From assembly GCA_000708835.1 (NCBI GenBank), contig DF237648.1:1-42867 (forward strand): 42,867 nucleotides of DNA, in the 5' to 3' direction. The DNA is from Klebsormidium nitens (lineage: Eukaryota > Plantae > Klebsormidiophyceae). Of this stretch, positions 10,801 to 21,713 are shown piece after piece (within the stretch, counting starts at the first letter, position 1; every line of letters starts with the position of its first letter). Both the position numbers and the translations under genes were made by a program. The notes under the pieces were generated by a model. That model searched no databases. It was given only the letters and a program-made list of their open reading frames with translations, and was not told where the DNA came from.

Positions 10801-13800
10801 CTTTCCGAAACCCAGTCAATCAACCGACTCTAGAACCGTCTTTCGTATCTCACTAAAGGTTCTCAAAACCAGGGTGCACCAGCAGCCCTTGTCAAAGTTT
10901 GCACCGAAGCAAGACCTGACCAGCCTTTGTTGATCACAAGAACGGAACCTGCTTCTTCATGAACCACGGCCACTTTGAATGCTTATGGCTGCGCATCACC
11001 GCCCTTGGTGCGGAACGAAGATTTCTAACAGCGTCGAAGTCCCCGTCAGGCCCTGATTGGGACGCCTAAGCTAGCACGACTGCGGGTATGTCGACCCCTC
11101 ACTGGCAAGACGGAACTTGGCCAGTGCCCACCTGATTGATGAGCAGCTTCACTCCGGTGAGTTTCGCCCCTTGGACCAAAGAGTCGATGCGGGCGCTCGT
11201 GAAGCGGTCTATGGCCGGCTGGACCACCAGCGTCTGGAGCTTGTTGGCGACCTCCTGCGCACAGAACACGCCACGTCAGCATGCCCATTCCTCGGATTTA
11301 TGAAGAGCAGGAGTGGTGACTCAGGGATCAACTTAATGAGAACTCGAAAGCGGATATCAATGCTGCCAACCTACCGTATCATATTAACCTGCGAAACGAA
11401 CCCTGCCCTCTCTCCAAGGTAGTGACGGTACTCTTGCAAAGCTGCCGTTTTTGGGCTTACGCGTTCTGACAGTCCACCGGATCCTGCGACCTTCTAACCC
11501 CTGACACGAATTCACGTGTGTCCGCTTGACACGTGCGATTGTAGTAACTCACGCGTGCACGTTTGTTGGATAAAAAACGCTGCGTCCGCTCATATCTCAA
11601 AGTCTGGAAAATCACATTTTGGAAACAGTTGCGTGTCGTGCCTGCTCACCTTGCCCGTAAAGAGGGGGTGAGTCCGCAGGGGGTGGCTGGGCGGCAGCGC
11701 GGTCTCACTTATGCCCGCGACGGAGCTGTGCCAGTTGTTCCAGGGGGGGGTCAGCTCCTTCATCACCAGGTTGCCGTTGACGTGCCCATCGAACGGGCCC
11801 TGCAACCGGGTGGCGGGGTCGAAGGCCATGTGCGACTGCCCCGCCCAGAACCACTCCCCGTTGAGCCTGTGAGGGCAGGCCGGGGGCAAACGTCTCGATA
11901 AGGTCAAAATATGAAGCGACTTGCGGAGGCCAGCTTAGGAGAAATGCGCACCGGTTGGGTGCTTAAAGCACTTTGTACGATCGTAGCAGGTCAGAACAAT
12001 CTTTGGATCATCCGAAGCGGTGCGACGAATCCACGAAGTGACGTGAGAGCTTACTTATTGGGAAATTGCGAGGATGTTTTTTACAGCATGTTGCTTTGAT
12101 ATGAGCCTCCCCTGCGAGCGAGACCCTCCGTCATGCCAGCAAGGCCCAGGGATGCAGCCAGCAAGAAGAGCACTCTTAATCGATCTCGATTCTCGTCTTT
12201 GAACTCGTTTCGTCCTCACTTCCTCTCCTTTACATTTTGATGGAAGCCAAATGCAGAAGCAAACGGATTTAGAAAGTGCCAAGAGCAAGTGATTCACTCG
12301 AACAAGTCCTTTCCCCCTGCTTGTCTCTATCTCACAGGTTAGCAGAGACATCTACACACAGAGGTAACGTTCGTCTTGCTTTGTCTGTCCTTCAAATGTT
12401 TGCTGCTAATCTGGTGCTCTTACAGGAAACAGCAGACTGAAGCTGCAAAAGATGAGCGTCACGATTCACCCAAGGAACCCATCATCAAAGGCCTTGGCAC
12501 CTCCCCACCTTTTATAGAAGTTATATGTCCTGTTTGCAACATCCCACGACGCGCACTGCAGAAAGATTGCATCGTCCGCAAAGCCTAGCGCACTGCCCAC
12601 GACCAGTATGTCGGCCTGGTCCCGGCTCCCAGTTGCGGTACGCGGGAAGCGCACCCACAGAAAGCGGAGCGCACGGTCTAGGTCTTTGGTCTCCTCAGTC
12701 CAACGCATCTGGCCCCCCTCGCCAGCCAGAAAGGTCATGAAATCGAATTTGTCGGCAGGGCTGCGGGAGGAAGCATTGCACGCTTCAGTCCAGGTGACCC
12801 TCTACAAAGTTAGAGTGAGCTCTTGAGGATGAAGAAGCTGGTCGAGCTCCATGCTGCCACTTTTGTGATGACGCAGGAGAACATGCCGAATAGGAGACTG
12901 GATTCACAGCAAGTCAGGAGATGAGAATACGGGAACAGAGCCCTTGCCCGGAGAATTTTGCTGGCATTGCTGGTCCAAAAGGGCCTTCCATTCTCTCGCT
13001 TTACAAGTCGCCTTTTTGATTGCTCATCAGTGTAGTGTATTGATTGCTAGCTTGTGACACGCGTGCAAGTGAAGCAACGTGCTCAGGGTTCTGTCTGTTT
13101 CTCTGATTGTTCCACCCCTCTTTTCACACCTGTGATGAGAAAGACTCTGCCGTTCTCGTGCGCAGCCTGGGAACTATAACAACAACGCATATGTGGGGCT
13201 AATCCTACAAAAGCATCGACAAAATCTTCGCGCTTGACAAAGACAAGGGAAGGGAGATTGAGCCACCTTGCATTGACAATGAACTCCACCGTAGTGTCCA
13301 GGTTCTGCGGCCGCTCGCTTGCTGGCACCAGTTTCAGCATCAGCGCTGCCAATGGGTCTTGCAGCCGGCTGTTGACCTCAGACTCCTGCATTGTGCGCCC
13401 TCGAGTGTCCACTCCCACAACGAACGCCTTGATTGGCTGCAGATAGCGACCATAAGGCTCAGTCCTGGCCGGCGTGTCTTTCTGGCAAGCAGATGGTTTG
13501 CCAGAAAGCTTTAAAGAGCAATCGCAATGCTCTCCGTGGGTTGTTAGCAATCAGGCATGCATTTTCCCTGTGCCCCGCCTCACGTATGAGGAGCTGCCAC
13601 ACACCTTGTGAGCGAGCTGAGAATCAATCAATGCAAACATGGAATCAAGCTGCATTTTTTTCTATGCAGCTGGTCAGGCTTCAGCATCTAGCCCACTCTC
13701 TGAAAACTGCGCACGTGCGCACCCGATGGAGTGGCCTGCAGGTTCTTCTCTAGAATCAAGCCAAGTACAGCTGCCAGCTGTGGCGGAGACATGCGGCCGG

Positions 13801-13957
13801 CACAAGCACCCAGACCCTCAAGCAACCCAGGTCACAGGATGACGCATACATGATTCCTGCGCACCTGCATTGCAGCTGCTTGCGCCCCGCCAATGCTGCC
13901 CATGTTCAATGCTGCAATGTTGTCGCCCGCCGCGGCTTCCATTGGGGTCGCCTGCAT
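7870..13957 (-). CDS. Uncharacterised protein 'B', ~597 aa (GPFDGHVNGNLVMKELTPPWNNWHS motif)
   Basis: 9 phase-consistent exons: 13957-13865, 13436-13267, 12760-12509, 11866-11650, 11254-11132, 10543-10353, 9866-9659, 8999-8758, 8167-7870 (1794 nt). Motif-like segments: FLAGEGGQMRW, FLQCASWD..YNFYKR, WFWAGQS, GPFDGHVNGNLVMKEL..PWNNWHS, GDTFFAFFVP.PAKED, LMMVDLANPVYS.HR, LADSRRREF..LAEFALTLP..LEMRPDGTV. The first exon and the last ~40 codons are less certain. Confidence 0.8.
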
Positions 13958-14786
13958 CTCAATTCCGCTGCAGTCTAGAGCCTGTGCATCGTTGCTGTGA
14001 CTGAAGACTTATATTGGGAGCCTTTCCACGATGGAAATTTCTCTGAGGCGCGCTGGCTAGTCATCAGAGGAGAGGCGCCTACACCACCGGCTTGAATGGA
14101 TCCAGCATTATGCTGAAGCGACTCGTCCGTGCCTCCAGCTGAGAACCTGTGAGCCGGCCTCTTGAGTCTTGTGTTAGGAAATTCCCCAAATTTGAAAGAA
14201 GCGCCATAGCGGCCCTGAAACGTCCACCCTGCAGTTGACTTTTCAGTGCAGCGCTCAATACGGTACATGGCCCATGGCATGGGCCTCCCATGTGGGCCTA
14301 TCCATAGTGCATTATGCACCAGGCTCCAGCCTCAGGCTCCAGCACTGAGCACTCCCTCGGGCCTCGGGAGTCGGCGGTTTCTACCGGCAGCCGCCTAGAT
14401 TGGCGGCCGACAGCTAGTGAGTGCGCGGGAGAGCTTTCCGATCGAGTGGCCTGACCTATCAAATGAGTGGGCGGCCAGCTAGTTAGCGGCTGCAGGCTGA
14501 GAACTTGAAGTTGCAGCCATGCACTGATGCAGTGCGTCCAAGCTGCAAGAACACTCAAGATCTGGACTGCACTGCCAAGGCGCCAACTTGCGCGTTGCCA
14601 TGTGGCTCTCATGCTGCCCTGTCCTCTGGGGGATGAAAGATACAAGTCAACGTACCATCATGATACTCCATGGGGAATTTTGACATACTTTATCTCAGCA
14701 ATTGGCAGGGTTGACCACCTTCTGATTCTGAGCAACATTTCAATCAAAGCAGAGTTTTCAGCTCGCTGATCTTCAACATCTCCGCA
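13958..14786. promoter_or_regulatory. Putative bidirectional promoter between genes B and A
   Basis: ~830 bp between divergent start codons. It contains three GGCCCA/TGGGCC (site II-like) hexamers and four short inverted repeats at 14269-14407, near the midpoint, and a TATAAG on the minus strand near 14010. Confidence 0.5.
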
Positions 14787-17700
14787 ATGGCACACGCCAG
14801 GGGCTCTCAAGCTGCTTGCAGATCACTGCACGGATGCCCAGCGACCACTGCTGGGCTTGCGAGCGCTCAATCTACACCACAAGCGACAAGAACGGCCTTT
14901 TCTGCACATAGCCCACAAGCTTTCTTGGGACTGCGGGGCCCGGCGGCGTTCCCAGGTCAATATGTGCAAGCGAGGGACTTGCAGCGCTCATGTCAGCTTC
15001 TCCCTTCGCCAAATCTGCTCAGCCATCAGCAGCCTCCAGCAAGGAAGTGCTCCATTGAGTCACGCGGTCTCCCTGGAGTGTGCCGCGCAGCTGCAACAGG
15101 TGCCCCGTCGGCCGTGCCCCCCAGATCCCCGTACTTTGACCCTCCCGGCTTTGTGGATGACCTGACGTCTGCGGCTGAGAAGAGGCAAGTCGTATGAATC
15201 TTGAGCTATGCAATCTGCATGACCTTCACATGCTTTCAGTTATACTGCTTTCAATCAATGCTGCTTTCAATCATTCAGTTGATGAGATTCCGAATGCGTC
15301 TTGTTGTAGGCTGCTGCGTCTTGCTTTCGTCCCCAATGCTGCTGTCCTCCGTGGTTTCGAGCTTCAGAGGCAGGACTCTTTCATACATTGCATTTGAGGC
15401 TTCTTGGTCAGGATGACAACGCTTGGGACAGGGAATCGGCGCAGGTCTAAAAGCCTAGTTTTCTTGGCTGGAAACTGAGCTCATTCTGAGGCTTGCTTAG
15501 CCATTGAGGTGTTAGAGCAACAGGTTGACCTCTTCTCTTGCCAAGCTTTAGCCAACAGCTCTTTCAAGCCCGATTTTGTTCCAAGGGGGGCCCGCTCCTC
15601 TCATATACAACCCCCTGCGCAGGGGCTGGAGCGATTGGATCAGCCGCCAGATGGACCGCGCAGTCAAAGGCACTCCCTCACGGAACGACGGCCCCCGCCG
15701 CCAGTTCCTGAACCCCAGCAAGCCGAGTACCCCGCTGGTTGAGCCAGTCACATACAAGGACATCTCCTGGACGGCATTCCCGCGCCAGGTCGATGTGGAC
15801 ACAGGGTCCGACAGTGCCAGGTGGGGGGAGCTGAAGGCGTGTTTCCAAGGAGTCTTTTGCCCCATGTACTGAATTCCGTCAGTATTGCATCTTGCAATTG
15901 CAATTGCATTTCGCAAGGCATTGCTTCACACTCCACCTTGCCCAGGGGGACTGCCGTACGCAATGTTCAGCTTGCAGATTGGAAGAGTTGTCTCTACCTC
16001 TCCCAACCTCCTCCCCTCATTCTGGAGGTCAATAACGCTGTGCAATTGCTCCAGTTCTGGGGCTTTCTTTTCCTTTTGAGGTGTGTTTTAGGGCCGCAGG
16101 TGGGGCCCTTGCTGGCCTCTCCAAAGGAGCTTAAGAGTCCCGAGCTTCTTCCTTCTCATACATGCTGTGTGATTGAAAGTAAGGACTGGGCTGCTCTGAT
16201 GGTTATCCCCCAACTTTTGGCATCTGTAGTTGGCTCGGGCATTTTTGTCGGACACCCAGCCACGCTCGGTTGCAATGAACCAACAAAACTTTGACTACCA
16301 TTCCCCAAAAGCCCGCAGAATCTGCACCAGATCTCTGGACTTGCGAGATCAAACCACGGTGTCAAAAGTTGTTCAGCCTGGGGCACAGCCTCCTCCTCTC
16401 ATGGGTTTGTGTTGAGGGTCCTGCGAGATTAGAATCTTTTTCATTCTGCTGAAGTTGTGCCCTTCTTTGCTCCCTTTTCTTTCTGTCCACTTACTTTTGC
16501 AACCGCCTGATGGCGAATGCATCATGCGACTTTGTGGCCTATGCAAGCTGGACGGAGGTAAGAAGATCCCTGATAAAACTGGTTGAACACCCAAAGCGAG
16601 CAGCCTACTGAGAGATGTGATCACGCACCAGAAGTGTACACTTCCAAAATTTGGCTCGGCTGAAATGCTTCACGGGCGGGGTCTTGGCAGGTGGGCTGCC
16701 GCCGACAAGTCGCGTGACGTACAGGACGAGTACTGCGAGTGGAGCGTCACGCGGGACCCCGTCAGCAAACTCATCACAAAGGTAAGGCTGCTCAACGGCC
16801 ACAACAGGCTGGCATCGTTTTGAGGACAGGAGCAAAGAGGTACATGCCAAGGCAAGGGCGATGGCATTGCCGGTAGGCACCAGGGTGCATCCTGAGTTGA
16901 TTGGTAAAGTGCTCGCTCCATCTCGGTGCCTAGAATGGGGGCCAAAACAACTTTCAGTCGAGTTCGTAAAACACAGAAAATTACCTGCACTCAAAGGCGT
17001 GGAACACTACCTATGTGACATGAGGCCGTCAAGCCATTGCAGCCGCGCCGTGACTTACTTTTCTTCCAACCAACCTACAGCGTAGAAACCTTTGTCGTTC
17101 TTAGTGCACTCTTCTAATGGGTCAGCAGAGTCAACAAGGGGTAGGGGTCACCCGTATTAGCTGCCTGCAGGTCACGTTCACAAGCGAGGGTCCCGAGTAC
17201 TGGGACTACCTGGCGTCCGTGAATCCGGACAAGGTGCTCGCGCTGTACCAGCAGCACATCAGCGCTGACGTCAAGAAGGCCGACTTGTTCGACACGGAGG
17301 GGAATTACAACCGGCGGAACAAGTGGAATTCAACCACCACGCGTGGCGCTATGCACCTGATTCAGGACAGCAACTCCCTAAGCGCTGAGATCGAACTCGC
17401 AGGGGGGTCGAGGTGAGAAGACCGCGACGGGAAGGTCGTTGTAGTGTACATAGGAACACTGCTTTGAACCGTGCTTCGTAACTCGACATTTAAGCGTCGA
17501 CTCACCGTAGGCGTTCAGGAAAAAAGCAGTTAATCTGACGTTGACACAGGAGTTAGAAGCGGATTGTTTCGATGATGAGCACGTAGCCTTGTGCTGGGTT
17601 CCAACTTTGTGGAGTGTTGGGACGGTCTGATCTGGATTGAAAGGGGGGGTCACGCACTCGAGGCAGCAAGCCATCTGAGCTTTGCCCCTCACGCTAACCA

Positions 17701-20296
17701 CTTCTTAAAACCGTTGTCAGATTGCAACGGAACGTGGAACTTTTGGCAAGCAACCCCAAATGTTCATGGATTCACCAACACAGTATCGTCGTCTTCTCGG
17801 TGCCGATATTTTCATGCGTTGAGCTTACCGACGACTTTCCCTTCTTCGCCGGCTGTAAATGCGTGTTCCCTGCTCCTTTTGAGAACCCGCGTTCTCTATC
17901 GACCTCAGCTTGGATATACTGCATCGCTCGTTCTTTGATTGTTCGAACCACATGGCGATGCAAGAGTCAAGGACGCTTTCAAATCTACGAGCTTTTCGAA
18001 CCAACCTCCGCTACAAAGGGATGACTCTGAAAGGTTGTTCGGCTGAAACGTACGGCCCGACAATCTCCTTCGTAACCTTTCGCAGTCTGCTTCTCGTTGC
18101 AAGTGCCAATGCCTTCACTTGTTTTCCTTGCCAACGCGTGGGAGTAAACCAAGTTGTGCCTCGAAGATGTCGCGTCGATCGATCACCTGATCCAGTCACT
18201 GCTCACCCCTTGCACTCACAGCATCGTCCGGACATCCGATGGGCAGATCCTGGAAGACAGTCAGGATCTTATCCAGTGCGGCCAGTACGGCGCACCCGGG
18301 CGCAACTCGGACCCCCACATCGGCTCCGAGGTCAACGCGCTCGCGCGCGCCAACGCGGTGAGCGCTACCTCTTTGTTCCGTTTACTGTTAACCGAGTTTT
18401 CCCAGTTTCTGCTGTTAGAGATCGAGTTGAATACTTGACTGCAACCATTCGAGTAGCCGGCGACAGCTGGCAGACAGCCGACTGCAGCACCCTGGTTCCA
18501 TTGGCTGCGCAACCTGGGTGTCTTCATGCACCACCGCAATCTGTCCGCTGGAATGGCCTCGTTGGCTGACCCCGCAGAACGCTGCAGTAGCGCAATCTGC
18601 TCGGCTGTATCATCAATTGAGTCGGTCTGCTCGGGTGTATCATCAATTGAGTCGGTCAGCGGCATCGGCAAGTTTACTCGCCCCTTTCAAGCAGTGTTTC
18701 TGACTAGCTGCCCTTGCCAACCCAGAGCCTACCAGAGAGGGGTTCACATTGTACATACTTTATTCAATTCGGGTCGCTTCGATTCGTGAGTGCTGCCTCA
18801 ATCCGCTGACGTCACGGGGTCAAATCGAGGCAACTCGACTTGGATTCACATTGGCAATACTATATCGTTGCCTCAATACGAAACCTCAGTCGTTTCGGTC
18901 GGTGGTTGTAACTTTGTAAAGTAGAGACTCACCTTAAAACTCAGCCGTCCAACTTACCACGCTAACGTGGTTTAAGGCACCTTTTCAGCGAGTCGGGGGT
19001 GCGTACCCCAATTCGAGTTGCTTCAATTCCGAGTTGAGGCAAAGCCGAGCGATGCCGGATTGAAGCATATGAATTGGGCCCTTTCTATGCTGACGTCTGC
19101 CTGCGAAAGCGTACTAATGACATCGTGAAGCGCGAACTGAAGCAAAAGTTGTCGAACGGGGTTGCCACCGTTGTGACGCCCCCTCTTCCCCCCGCAGTTC
19201 CTGACGCTCAAGAACCCGGTGGCGCTGTACATCGACGGCCTGGACGCGTCCACGTGGACCACGCCGGACGGCACGGACGCGCAGTCCTTCTGGAAGGTGA
19301 CACGTGGCGCCCCTGGGCTCGCCCTCCGGGCGGTTTACGAGGTGCCCAAAGACAAGGGCTACACCGTCGGGGAGATACAGACGGCGCGCGGACAGTGAGC
19401 ACCGGGCCGCACTGTGCTTCGAGCACATTAGTCAGCCTTCATGGCGGCAGTGTCAACCGAGTGACAACCCGAGCCGCTCTTCTGTTCTACTGCCCCGGGA
19501 GATGGATTTTTCTTCTTCTTTTCTCAAGGGCCTGATCTTTTAGCAATACTAAAGTAAAGGTGCATACAGACGGTGATTCGGGCCTGCCAAAGTGCCCAAT
19601 CATATCGAACAGCAATCGGCTGGGAGCTTGAAGGGACTAACGAGAAGAAGCAAACCACCCGGGGTCTTGATGTAGCTTCGTTTGCCAGACCGGGCGTTTT
19701 CATACTCTGTCACACGTTGAGGCGCTCGATTCTTGAGCTTCTGCACGAGTAGACGAGGGAAGTGCAAACATGCACCTTTCTTCACTTGCTTTGCTCTCGC
19801 TTCGACCAGACGACCAGAAGGGGTGACTCCGCTGACGTTGGCCCATCATGTGGATGCACTCCAGCAGTGGCGCGGTCTCAACGGGTTCCCGGTTCCTTAC
19901 TTGTCCCCCTGCTCTCGCGGCGGTGCGCTTGATGGAGTTGCGTAGACTCAGCGGCCCGTCAAGTCTGTCCGAGTTGGGCAGCCAGCTCCGCTCTGCCTGT
20001 TCCAATCCTTCCCAACTCCTGTCGCCAACAGTTCAAACGAAGCTTCAAGGAATCGGGGCCTCACTAGTCGGCGCTTCTCGCGGATCCTACCGTCTTGACA
20101 GGGCACGCGACGCTCCAGTACAAATTGCAGTGCCCATCGGAGTGCCCGGGTGGACTTTGACCTGGCTGTGGCCTGCTCTTGCAGGAGGATCGAATACGGC
20201 GCCCAGATCGCGGACTTCATCCAGATCCGCCTCACCGGCGCCGCGTGCCGCATCGGTGAGGCGAACTTTGAGCCGGTGGAAGGCTGCGTGGGCTGA
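14787..20296 (+). CDS. Uncharacterised protein 'A', ~457 aa, with ~100-aa plastid-transit-peptide-like N-terminus (QDEYCEW/EGPEYW/GAMHL/RNSDPHIG motifs)
   Basis: 7 phase-consistent exons: 14787-15184 (GC donor AG|GCAAGT), 15623-15820, 16691-16781, 17171-17412, 18222-18357, 19198-19394, 20185-20296 (1374 nt). The mature part reads FDPPGFVDDL..GWSDWIS..QFLNP..ISWTAFPR..RDVQDEYCEWSVTRD..KVTFTSEGPEYW..NRRNKWN..GAMHLIQDSNSLSAEIELA..CGQYGAPGRNSDPHIG..IEYGAQIADFI. Confidence 0.85.
18596..18657. repeat. 30-bp tandem duplication (2 copies, 1 mismatch) in intron 5 of gene A
   Basis: TCTGCTCGGCTGTATCATCAATTGAGTCGG followed by TCTGCTCGGGTGTATCATCAATTGAGTCGG. Confidence 0.9.
18765..19078. repeat. Cluster of degenerate ~20-bp direct and inverted repeats (CAATTCGAGTTGCyTCAAT) in intron 5 of gene A
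   Basis: Copies at 18765-18784 (+), ~18824-18843 (-), partial ~18866-18878 (+), 19009-19028 (+) and 19059-19078 (-). Confidence 0.55.
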
Positions 20297-21713
20297 CGGC
20301 GTTGCTGACGCAACTGGGCGGCACAGGATGCACAGCGGCTAAGCCAGCTGGCTTATAAGTTGAGCGTAGAGCAACAATTCAGAGCAGCGCCGTGGGCTTT
20401 GCTTTGGATTGGCAATTTTGCTGTGCCAGTAAATATGTGTACGTAATCTATATAAAAGTAGCGAGACAACATTAATCAACTGTTAGCTGTCAGAAATCAA
20501 ATAACCAATCAATTTTTCTTCAATCGCTGACCCAGACATAAGACTTGCTCCGGGGCTCATGCAGAATTGTGAGTTGTCGACGGACGGTTGAGTCGGGCCG
20601 GGCACTTGGAGGCAGGCGCAGCTGCTAACCAGCGTTTTGCTTGACATTGAATCATACGGGCAGCTGAGTTAATAACGTGAGGACTGCGTCGAGGAGAGCC
20701 TGTGACGTAGCGACCGGAGAGTGCATGGCGCCGCGGTGCGCGGCCAAGGCTTCCGGATTTAATTATCCAACTTGTATATACCATGCATCACAATATCAAT
20801 TTTGTCTCAAGTAGTTAGCTTTCATTATGCAAGCTAGGTGTGACGTGGTCTGCAACGTACACGGAAAGATTTTATCGCCTGTTAAAGGAATGGGACATTG
20901 AAACGCTAACACCATATATTCAATCGTCCTATGCAGATGATGTATCTCGATGATTGTGGCGCCGGGTTTTCATGGCACGTACCATACACGGATATATAAA
21001 ATTTATAAAATTTATTACGCGCCATATGCAACTTCCCTAAATTGTCGACGGCCGTACTATATCATTGCTAGCTGCCGCCAGCAACTTACGGTATAGAAGC
21101 CACTTCTCGTCGGATCTGCGCGGCTCTGATCCACGAAATTCGACCTATCTTAGTTTGTCAAGCAAATTATCAGCTAGCTGGCACGGATTGACGCCGGGAC
21201 CTTCATGAAAACCTCAGGTGCGAGCCAATGCACGGATCAACAGAATATAGAAATATCCGAGTTGCATACAGAAAGCCGCAGACGCACTAGTTACTAGTTA
21301 CATTAAGCCCATAATTAAACTGGTGTCCACAACTTGAAGGCCGCTGCAGCAACATAGAGGCATATGAAGCAACAGCTTGTGGTCGGATTGTGGCAAGATG
21401 AGTCCCGAAGATTCCTATCTTCTACTATACAACGTGCGGAACTTGTACGGTCTTAGGCTTCGGAAGGAATGTTTACGCTTGATCTCGCCCCGCAACTGTC
21501 ATTGGTGTTCTAAATCAACGGAGTTGAGGACCTTCATTGCAGGAGGAGGGTCGTGCAATGTAACGAGGGGTTCGCTAAGCCGAGATTGCCGGTCGCAACC
21601 TTTCTCCGCTTACCTTCGGTCAAGATGCGGCTCGTGATTGTAGCAAAACCCCAAAGCAAAAACCTGTGTTTGTGCTATAGACTGATCTCAAGTATCCTGC
21701 AGTCGCAAAGCGG

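Noticed and set aside
14079-14207. Possible extra upstream exon for gene B (MALLSNLGNF...PFKP) supplying a targeting peptide
   Set aside because: Phase-compatible, but both splice sites are weak and the peptide is not convincingly transit-like; left unassigned.
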